Shown piece after piece: positions 9,241-15,963 of a stretch of 64,000 nt of DNA (within the stretch, counting starts at the first letter, position 1; every line of letters starts with the position of its first letter). Under the pieces are notes generated by a model that was not told the DNA's origin, did no database searches, and saw only the letters and a program-made list of their open reading frames with translations. The stretch comes from Candidatus Xenobia bacterium. Lineage in GTDB: Bacteria; Vulcanimicrobiota; Xenobia; Xenobiales; QWHO01. The translations under genes were made by a program, and so were the position numbers. Where the stretch lies: NCBI GenBank assembly GCA_045863235.1, contig BTUM01000012.1, forward strand, positions 60,594 to 124,593, read 5' to 3'.

Positions 9241-9497
9241 GGCATGTTCCTCCGGGAGAACTGCCATGTTGCGGGATTGGAGGGGCGGGATCCTGCTTTA
9301 GGAGGTTTCAAGCCTCGCGAGACTCAATGTAGAGCCCGATTCGACCGGCCCCGCCTCGATTCGGCCATTCGGGCCGGAAACCCGTCCGCGCGCCGGGAGA
9401 CGGAAGGGTCAGGATAGTCGAGCGATGCCTCCATCACCAGTTCCAACAAACAAAAAAAACACATCCTTATTGATTAAATAATTAACAGGAGAATTTC

Positions 9498-9588
9498 TGG
9501 TGAGTGCCCCCAGAATCGAACTGGGCAATGCGACACAATATCGCTCCCGGCTTACAACCGGGCGGGACTCCATTGTCCCATGACACCC
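9498..9588 (-). tRNA. tRNA-Tyr(GTA), non-canonical, 91 nt, CCA encoded
   Basis: Reverse strand folds as acceptor GGGTGTC/GGCACTC, D arm GGGAC-AATGGA-GTCCC, anticodon arm CCCGG-TTGTAAG-CCGGG, variable arm GCGATA-TTG-TGTCGC, T arm CCCAG-TTCGATT-CTGGG, then A-CCA. Confidence 0.8.
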
Positions 9589-9684
9589 ATTTGGGCCGGA
9601 GTTACCCGGCCTGCCGAAGCGAGGCTTCGACCCATTCAGATCTCTCTGAATGCTCCTTACAGTAGCCAGGGGCCTTGACCGGTC

Positions 9685-9763
9685 TGGTCGGAGCGGCCGG
9701 ATTCGAACCGGCGACCTCTTGCTCCCAAGGCAAGCGCGCTAAGCCAGGCTGCGCCACGCTCCG
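9685..9763 (-). tRNA. tRNA-Pro(TGG)
   Basis: CGGAGCGTGGCGCAGCCTGGCTTAGCGCG CTTGC-CTTGGGA-GCAAG AGGTC GCCGG-TTCGAAT-CCGGC CGCTCCG A CCA; canonical cloverleaf. Confidence 0.97.
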
Positions 9764-9778
9764 AAGAAACGGACCGGC

Positions 9779-9814
9779 GCGGTCACCGGGGACAACCGAC
9801 TCCCCGGTGACCGC
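9779..9814 (-). terminator. 14-bp perfect hairpin between leader ORF 2 and tRNA-Pro (attenuator 2 candidate)
   Basis: GCGGTCACCGGGGA / TCCCCGGTGACCGC with an 8-nt loop; only a weak, offset U-tract (GTTTCTT). Confidence 0.5.
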
Positions 9815-9856
9815 CAGCCCTGAACGGCCGGACACCGGGCGAGCGGTATCAAGCCG

Positions 9857-10048
9857 TTACCGAATGTCAGCCCCTCCCGGGACGGGGAAGGTGCCGGGGG
9901 GACGCGGACCGGACCGGAGCTGGTAGCGGTCAGCCCCGTGGCCGGGGGACGGACCCTCCTCGGGTCGCCCGCATGCGTCGCTCATCCCGGCCGCCCACGG
10001 TCGGGGCTGCTCGGTCAGGTGCAAATTCTTCGTTCTCGTGGTCGCCAT
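9857..10048 (-). CDS. Putative leader peptide 2 (63 aa, 10 Pro, contains RPPG)
   Basis: Purine-rich RBS AGAGGGAGAG 7 nt before the ATG; lies between two terminator-like hairpins. Confidence 0.5.
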   Translation of the reverse strand: MATTRTKNLHLTEQPRPWAAGMSDACGRPEEGPSPGHGADRYQLRSGPRPPGTFPVPGGADIR

Positions 10049-10066
10049 CGGTCGACTCTCCCTCTG

Positions 10067-10107
10067 AAAACAACTTCGCCCACCCGGGGCCTTCCGCGGG
10101 TGGGCGA
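10067..10107 (-). terminator. Intrinsic terminator of attenuator 1
   Basis: 11-bp stem TCGCCCACCCG/CGGGTGGGCGA followed on the minus strand by AGTTGTTTT. Confidence 0.7.
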
Positions 10108-10132
10108 GCTTGGACGCATCTCCTGAGACAGG

Positions 10133-10240
10133 CTATGCGAGAGGCTCACCCTCCCAAATTCCGGGGAACGGCCGGTTGGCCGGGCTCAAATCGCCCCAGC
10201 CTTGATACTGTGTGGTGGTATGACACGTGGACATCTTCAT
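10133..10240 (-). CDS. Putative leader peptide 1 (35 aa, MKMSTCHTTTQYQGWGDLSPANRPFPGIWEGEPLA)
   Basis: Starts about 12 nt after the predicted TSS, stops 25 nt before the terminator and contains an antiterminator strand at 10144-10155. Confidence 0.55.
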   Translation of the reverse strand: MKMSTCHTTTQYQGWGDLSPANRPFPGIWEGEPLA

Positions 10241-10258
10241 GTTCTTCGACCTGAAGTC

Positions 10259-10287
10259 AGGATATCCGAAACGGATCATTTTGTCAA
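10259..10287 (-). promoter_or_regulatory. Sigma70-type promoter for the leader/tRNA operon
   Basis: TTGACA (10287-10282), 17-nt spacer, TATCCT (10264-10259) on the minus strand. Confidence 0.75.
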
Positions 10288-10330
10288 GGTCACGACAGAT
10301 TCATCCTGGGGAGATTTGCTCCAGGCCAAT

Positions 10331-10498
10331 TGCCTGAGTCGATGGAGAGAGCGGGAGGTTCATCATCTCTTCATCTTGGGAGGAGCGGATCTTCACCAGC
10401 CCCTGCTAGGCTGGGCGTGCCAGAAAGTCAGGCCGGCCCCCTGTCCGGTCTGCGAGGATGGTGGTTCCAAACGCCAGCCATGTTTTGCCTCTCGGGCA
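10331..10498 (+). ncRNA. ssrS: Probable 6S RNA (SsrS)
   Basis: About 170 nt closed by TGCCTGAG/CTCGGGCA; TTGGGAG on the 5' side and CTGCGAG..GGTTCCAAA on the 3' side resemble Bacillota-type 6S RNAs; followed by a terminator. Confidence 0.55.
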
Positions 10499-10504
10499 CC
10501 CCGT

Positions 10505-10539
10505 CTCCCCCGGACGGTTCCCGGGAGGCTTTCTTTTTT
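10505..10539 (+). terminator. Intrinsic terminator after the putative 6S RNA
   Basis: GC stem CTCCC..CGG / CCGGGAG followed by TTTCTTTTTT. Confidence 0.6.
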
Positions 10540-10562
10540 GGATCGCGCACCGCAGTACGTGC

Positions 10563-11456
10563 TCACTCGCCGCCGGAGCTCTGAGGAGGGGAAGCCACCG
10601 CCCCTTTGTGCTGTCGGATGAAGAGCACCGGACAGTGCGCATGGTGCACGACGCGCTCGGCCACGCTGCCCATGATCGCGTGGGCAATCCCCGAATAACC
10701 GTGGGTCGCCATCACGATCAGATCCACTTCCGACTCGGCCACCTGGAGAATTTGCTCGGCCGGGTCTCCGATGCACACCTGGGTATAGGCGCGAATCCCT
10801 CGAGCTTTGAGCTTGTCGGCCTGCCCGCTCAGGTACTGCTCGGTCACGGCGGGCAGTCTCTGGGCCCACTTCTCTTCGGTCTGGAAGCAAAGCCAGGTGG
10901 GATAGTCCACCACCCCGAGCAGGCACAGATGAGCCTGATCGCGCTCGGCCAGGTAGGCCGAGGCATCGAGCGCCCGCTCGGAGAGCGGGCTCCGGTCCAG
11001 CGGCAACAGAATGCGCCGGAAGGGCGTGCTGTGCTCCTCACCGGGCCGGTGCTCCCCCGGGCGGACGATCATCACCGGGCAGTCGGCCTCGCGCATCACC
11101 CGGGCGGTCACGCCGCCCAGCAGCCACCGACCCGTCCCCCGGCGCCCGTGCGAACTCATGACGATCAGGTCGGCAGCGCAGCTTTCGGCCAGTTGCACGA
11201 TCTCCTCGGCCGGAATCCCGGAGGCAGCCCGAACGCTGATCGGTACGCCCATCTTCTCAAAGGCCTCCCGAAGCTTGCCCAGATGCTCCTCGAGCCCCTT
11301 GCGGGCCTGACCAGGCTCAGCCTCCTCCTCGTACACCTTCTCGGCCACCCCGGCCAGGACGATCTCCGAGTGATACAGGCGCGCCATCCTCAGGGCGTAA
11401 GGCAGGGCGGCGTGACTCTCGCCCGAGCCATCGATGGGGACCAGGATTCTGCTCAT
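10563..11456 (-). CDS. Tandem-domain universal stress protein
   Basis: Two USP domains (RILVPIDGS..S, DLIVMSSHGR.G..RWLLG; RRILLPLDRS, DLIVMATHG.SG....MGSVAERVV..A.CPVL); RBS AAGGAG. Confidence 0.93.
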   Translation of the reverse strand: MSRILVPIDGSGESHAALPYALRMARLYHSEIVLAGVAEKVYEEEAEPGQARKGLEEHLGKLREAFEKMGVPISVRAASGIPAEEIVQLAESCAADLIVMSSHGRRGTGRWLLGGVTARVMREADCPVMIVRPGEHRPGEEHSTPFRRILLPLDRSPLSERALDASAYLAERDQAHLCLLGVVDYPTWLCFQTEEKWAQRLPAVTEQYLSGQADKLKARGIRAYTQVCIGDPAEQILQVAESEVDLIVMATHGYSGIAHAIMGSVAERVVHHAHCPVLFIRQHKGAVASPPQSSGGE

Positions 11457-11575
11457 GGTTGACTCCTTGTGCGGTGTGCCTTGCCTCCATGATTCCGCAA
11501 GAGCGCACAGGGTCATATGATGCAGGTCATCTTTTCGAGTGCCGCAAAGTTCTCGAGTTGCAGCCGGCCTGACGG

Positions 11576-12493
11576 TTAGCCTTCGAGAAAGGCCTCGAGT
11601 TGCTGGAGCGTCATTCCCGAGCCGAGGCGCCGAATGACCTCCAGGGTGCGCTCGGAATCGAGCCGGGAGAAGCGTTCGGCCAGGGCAGGAGCAGGAACGC
11701 CGAACTGAGACTCGGCAAGAGCCAGGGCAGCGAGCTGAAGGCCCTCCTGGCGGCCTTCCTGGCGGCCTTCCTGACGGCCTTCCGCTCGGCCACGCTCTTC
11801 CCAGGGGTTGATGAACTCAAGCACGGCTTCACGATCCTCCCTGTCCATCCGGTTTAGTTCTGCGTGATAAACCGCCTCCTCCTCTGGAGTGAGGCGCAGG
11901 GACTGGCCCACGAAGCTGGCCAGGAAGCTCTGATCGCGGGGAGTGAGGTACTTCATCCTGGAGATCAAGGACAGGCATGCCAGGAAGACCCAGGGGCGCT
12001 CGCGGTTCTTCATGCGCATCCTGCTCATCAGGGCTGCCGCGACCGGGTTGTCCACCCGGTAGCTCTGCCAGGGCAGTCGGCTCAATTGGATGACCCGGTA
12101 GCGAAACACCAGGGGCTCAAGGTCGGGAAAGGCGATCCTCAACTCCTCTGGCTGAGGGCTCTGAGGGTAGCGAAACGAAAACAGCGCAATCGGATAAACG
12201 TCGCACCCGTAACGGTCGAAGAGCCGGGAGAAGTAGGCGAACATACGCCGAGCAAAATCGGGCTCGTTTCGCGACTGGTGCTCGACGTGCACCAGATAGA
12301 GCCGGTCCGTGCCGGCCACCCTCAACCGGGCCACCACGTCCGCTTCGCGCCGTTTCTCCTCGAGAAAGGCTTCCTTATCGAGAAAGATCAGCGAGTCGCG
12401 CTCGGCCTCCCGCGCCGTCTCCGGGGCAAAGAGCTCGAAGAACTCAAAGAAGAAGTGGCTGAGAAGCTGCTTGAAAAGTCGGTCGTGCTGCAT
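11576..12493 (-). CDS. Rpn-family PD-(D/E)XK nuclease ('putative transposase') with EG-repeat linker
   Basis: HDRLFKQLL, EADVV, VHVEHQS, F..RMF.YF.RL, NPVAAAL, GRAEGRQEGRQEGRQEG. Confidence 0.88.
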   Translation of the reverse strand: MQHDRLFKQLLSHFFFEFFELFAPETAREAERDSLIFLDKEAFLEEKRREADVVARLRVAGTDRLYLVHVEHQSRNEPDFARRMFAYFSRLFDRYGCDVYPIALFSFRYPQSPQPEELRIAFPDLEPLVFRYRVIQLSRLPWQSYRVDNPVAAALMSRMRMKNRERPWVFLACLSLISRMKYLTPRDQSFLASFVGQSLRLTPEEEAVYHAELNRMDREDREAVLEFINPWEERGRAEGRQEGRQEGRQEGLQLAALALAESQFGVPAPALAERFSRLDSERTLEVIRRLGSGMTLQQLEAFLEG

Positions 12494-12633
12494 GGGCTCG
12501 ACTGTCGCTCCCCTTCGGAAGTCTGCAAGCTGACAGTCTGTCGATGCGTGGCCCAGCTCGGTGAAGGGCATTCAATTCTCGGAGGGGAGATCCTGCCGGG
12601 GAATCCCCCAACATACCCCGAAGTCCCCTCGCC

Positions 12634-14028
12634 ATGCGTCCAGGCTATGCCAGCGGATTCGAGACCATGCGCTCGCTCGTCAACGATCGACCCCTCGAGG
12701 TGACCGGCCAGCTTCCCGAGTGGCTCCAGGGCACCCTGATTCGCAACGGGCCCGGCATCTTCGAGGCCGGCCCGGACCGCCTGCGGCACTGGTTCGACGG
12801 CCTGGCCGTGCTGCACCAGTTCGAGCTCGGGCAGGGACGGGTCCATTATCGCTCCCAACCGCTCCAGTCGCCCGACTTTCTGGAGGCCCGCAGGCGTGGG
12901 CGCATCTACTACTCGAATTTTGCCACCGACCCTTGCGTGGCCAAATTCCGGCGCCTGTTCTCGGCCTTCTTCCCCCGCCTGGAGCTGGGGGCCAATGCCA
13001 ACGTCAGCGTGACCCGTCTGGGGGAGCGCTTCCTGGCGCTAACCGAGACCCCCATGGCGGTGGAGTTCGACCCCCGAACCCTGTCCACTCTGGGAGTGGT
13101 GCGCTACCAGGACCCGATGGCCGACAACCTCACCACCGCCCACCCCCACCGCGACACCAACCGCGGGTCGCTCATCAACGTGACCCTGGAGTTCGGCCCC
13201 CGCAGTACCTTTCGCCTCACCGAGCTTCTGCCCGGGGCCACCCGGCGCCAGGTGCTGGGCGCTTTTCCGGTGGAGCGCCCGAGCTATCTGCACAGCTTCG
13301 GAATGGCCGAGAACTGGTTCATCCTGACGCTGGGGGCGCTGGTGGTCGATCCGCGCAAGCTGCTGCTGCGCCGTCGGCCCTTCATCGAGAACTACCGCTT
13401 TGAGCCCGAGCGAGGCACTACCTGGGCCCTTTATGACCGGCGCACGTCCCGCTTTCAGAGCCTGCAGTCGGATGCGCTCTTCACCTTCCACCACGTCAAC
13501 GCGTTCGAGCAGGGAAGCGACCTGGTGGTGGACCTGATCACCTATCCTGACGCCACCGTGGTCGACTCGGTCTATCTCGACGCCCTGGCTCGAGCCGAGG
13601 AGGTTCCGGGAGGTCAGCTGAGACGTTTTCGTCTGGGCAGCACCGTTCGCTCAGAGCTGCTCACCGACCTCAGCCTGGAGCTGCCCCGCATCCACCCGGC
13701 CCGACTCGGGCGCCCCTACCGGTATGTCTACGGGATGAGCCAGCGCCCCGGCACCAGCCGCGACTTCTTCAACATGCTGGCCCGCATCGACGTGACCGGC
13801 GGTCCCGAGTTGACCTGGAGCGAGCCCGGCGTCTATCCCGGCGAGCCGGTCTTCGTGCCGCGCCCCGAAGGCACGGCAGAGGACGATGGCGTGGTCCTGT
13901 GCGTGCTGCTCGAAGGCTCCAGCTCCAGCCTGCTGGTGCTCGACGCGAGCAACTTCCGGGAGTTGGCCCGGGCCCGCGTGGAGCTCGCCATCCCCTTCGG
14001 CTTCCACGGCAGCTTCTATACCCTCTGA
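12634..14028 (+). CDS. Carotenoid cleavage oxygenase (RPE65 family)
   Basis: V.G.LP.WL.G.L.RNGPG, HWFDG, TAHPH, YLHSF, FHHVNAFE, ELPRI, GEPVFVP, EDDG, PFGFHG; all four Fe-binding His present. Confidence 0.93.
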   Translation: MRPGYASGFETMRSLVNDRPLEVTGQLPEWLQGTLIRNGPGIFEAGPDRLRHWFDGLAVLHQFELGQGRVHYRSQPLQSPDFLEARRRGRIYYSNFATDPCVAKFRRLFSAFFPRLELGANANVSVTRLGERFLALTETPMAVEFDPRTLSTLGVVRYQDPMADNLTTAHPHRDTNRGSLINVTLEFGPRSTFRLTELLPGATRRQVLGAFPVERPSYLHSFGMAENWFILTLGALVVDPRKLLLRRRPFIENYRFEPERGTTWALYDRRTSRFQSLQSDALFTFHHVNAFEQGSDLVVDLITYPDATVVDSVYLDALARAEEVPGGQLRRFRLGSTVRSELLTDLSLELPRIHPARLGRPYRYVYGMSQRPGTSRDFFNMLARIDVTGGPELTWSEPGVYPGEPVFVPRPEGTAEDDGVVLCVLLEGSSSSLLVLDASNFRELARARVELAIPFGFHGSFYTL

Positions 14029-14061
14029 GTATCTAAAGTGCAAAACCAAAGTGCGAGCAAT

Positions 14062-14751
14062 TTAGCGGCGCCGCGACAACCTGGTAGCCCCGACGCGGAC
14101 GGTCCCGGCGCTCAGCTCCACGCCCGCGCCGGGCTCACGGGGGCCCGCGAGTCGGCGCACCTCGGACTCCACCGCCACGCTTCTCCTGGTCGTTTCCCGC
14201 TCGCTCCGGGCCTCGACCAGCCGGGGAAACAGCCTCTCGCTCCAGCCGTTGGCACGAAACAGGAACGAATTGAACGACTCTGCCGGCCACAGCGCGGCCC
14301 GTAAGCCCTGCTCGCGAAGCCGCGTGAGGAAAGGCTGCGGACGGACGTCGATCCGATCCGGCCAGGTCGTCACCTCCATGACTTGAGCGCCCCTGTGGGC
14401 CGTGACCTGCCCGCTCGGCGTCTCCACCACGCGCAGGTCCTCGGTGGCGAAGAGCCAGTCGCCGTTGGCCGCGTAACCCTCCGTGCGCTCCCCCAGGTCC
14501 AGCCCGTACTCGAGGGTGTCGGGATGAAATGTGGCCTCAGCTTCGGTGCCAGAGTGCAGGTCCAGGCGAATGCGGCCGTCGGGCTCCTCGCGACAGGGAC
14601 AATCTTGCGTCGTGTCCTGGAGGTGAGCGCTCAAGCGCAACTCGTCACGTTCGACGACAACCGGACAAGGAAGGTAGGGCCCCTCGGGCAGCACGGCGCG
14701 CCACTTCGTGGGCCCTGAGCGATGAAATTCGACTCCGCTGCGCGTGATCAT
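14062..14751 (-). CDS. Hypothetical protein with C-terminal GV-x6-VxVG.T.L.RR motif
   Basis: ORF fills the gap between genes; the C-terminal motif is shared with ORFs 19606-22932 and 44027-45181. Confidence 0.65.
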   Translation of the reverse strand: MITRSGVEFHRSGPTKWRAVLPEGPYLPCPVVVERDELRLSAHLQDTTQDCPCREEPDGRIRLDLHSGTEAEATFHPDTLEYGLDLGERTEGYAANGDWLFATEDLRVVETPSGQVTAHRGAQVMEVTTWPDRIDVRPQPFLTRLREQGLRAALWPAESFNSFLFRANGWSERLFPRLVEARSERETTRRSVAVESEVRRLAGPREPGAGVELSAGTVRVGATRLSRRR

Positions 14752-14839
14752 CTTGTCCTGAATCTACGCGGATGAGCTGAAAGTAAGCTCAATGAAAGTG
14801 GTGCGGCTGTTACCCAGGCGCCAGGGGCTTCCACGCATC

Positions 14840-14901
14840 TTGACAACCCTTATACTCATGAGTATCATAAGTCAGGATAGTTATGCTCAAATAGAGCATA
14901 A
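14840..14901 (+). promoter_or_regulatory. nad operon promoter and palindromic operator(s) of NadQ/NrtR type
   Basis: TTGACA(14840)-17-TATCAT(14863); palindrome TTATGCTC-AAATA-GAGCATAA at 14881-14901; weaker copy TTATACTCATGAGTATCATAA at 14850-14870. Confidence 0.8.
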
Positions 14902-14923
14902 AGAGAGTCGAGCAGAACGAACC

Positions 14924-15931
14924 ATGATCCGCACCGCCGCCGAGCTCCCGGCTCAGACGCAGGCCCTGTACGAACGCGTCCGCAGCGTCGTGCCGCGCTT
15001 GGAGTGGGACCTGATGGCCCCCACCATCACCGCCATCAATCGGCTCAAGGTCGAGAAGAACGCCGTCATCCTGGCGCACAACTACCAGACGCCGGAAATC
15101 TTTCACTGCGTGGCAGACCTGGTGGGCGATTCCCTGGCTCTGGCCCAGCAGGCCGCCAGGACCACGGCCGACACCATCGTGCTGTGCGGCGTGCATTTCA
15201 TGGCCGAGACGGCCAAGATCCAGAATCCCGAGAAGACCGTGCTCATTCCTGACCTGAAGGCCGGCTGCTCTCTGGCCGAGTCCATCACCGCCGAGGATGT
15301 GCGCGCTCTGCGTCGCCAGTACCCCGGCGTGCCGGTGGTGACCTACGTCAACACCAGCGCCGAAGTCAAGGCCGAGTCGGACGTGTGCTGCACCTCGGCC
15401 AACGCGGTGGAGGTGGTGGAATCGCTGGGCGTGCCGCGGGTGCTGTGTATCCCGGACGAGTACCTGGCCCTTTATGTGGCCACCCAGACAAGGGTCGAGA
15501 TCATCCCCTGGAAGGGTCACTGCATGGTCCACGAGCAGTTTACCCCCGAGCAGGTGCGCGCTTACCGCGAGCAGTTCCCGGGGCTCACCGTGCTGGCTCA
15601 CCCCGAGTGCCCGCCCGAGGTGCTGGCTGAGGCCGACCTGGTGGGCTCCACCAGCCGCATGGTGCGCTTCGTCCACGAGGAGAAGCCGCGCCGAGTAGCC
15701 CTGATCACCGAGTGCTCGATGTCCGACAACATCGCCGCCGAGTGCCCCGAGGTGGAGTTCGTGCGCCCCTGCACGCTCTGTCCTCACATGAAGAAAATCA
15801 CCCTGCACAAGATCTACGAGTCGCTGCTCCACAACCGGTTCGAGGTTGAGGTGGAGCCCGAGGTGGCGCGCCGCGCGCGCCTGGCCATCGACCGCATGCT
15901 GGCTGTGGGGCGCGGCACGCGCCACGGCTAA
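14924..15931 (+). CDS. nadA: Quinolinate synthase A
   Basis: [59 protein letters not shown]. Confidence 0.97.
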   Translation: MIRTAAELPAQTQALYERVRSVVPRLEWDLMAPTITAINRLKVEKNAVILAHNYQTPEIFHCVADLVGDSLALAQQAARTTADTIVLCGVHFMAETAKIQNPEKTVLIPDLKAGCSLAESITAEDVRALRRQYPGVPVVTYVNTSAEVKAESDVCCTSANAVEVVESLGVPRVLCIPDEYLALYVATQTRVEIIPWKGHCMVHEQFTPEQVRAYREQFPGLTVLAHPECPPEVLAEADLVGSTSRMVRFVHEEKPRRVALITECSMSDNIAAECPEVEFVRPCTLCPHMKKITLHKIYESLLHNRFEVEVEPEVARRARLAIDRMLAVGRGTRHG

Positions 15932-15963
15932 TGCGCTCCCTTGGCACCTTAAAGGAGGATACC

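Noticed and set aside
9591..9684. HDV-like/theta ribozyme next to a tRNA 3' end (GAA-GCCTCGC-TTC resembles P3/L3; GGGTC/GGCCC could be P2)
   Set aside because: P1 needs a bulge and there is no catalytic C-N-R-A junction before the P2 3' strand; kept only as a structured spacer
9270..10340. Glycine riboswitch upstream of the GcvT-containing operon (CTCAGG and GGAAGG words)
   Set aside because: The GGAGA...CCGAAG...CTCTCAGG order is not present, and the words fall inside the attenuator and tRNA unit
11576..12493. Insertion sequence (the 'putative transposase' label)
   Set aside because: Rpn PD-(D/E)XK family rather than DDE or HUH; no terminal inverted repeats or target duplication seen
6004..14028. 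Carotenoid biosynthesis cluster (CrtI-like genes near a carotenoid oxygenase)
   Set aside because: No crtB, crtE or crtY; the CrtI-like pair is PYROXD2-type and tied to GcvT, and the oxygenase is separated by unrelated genes
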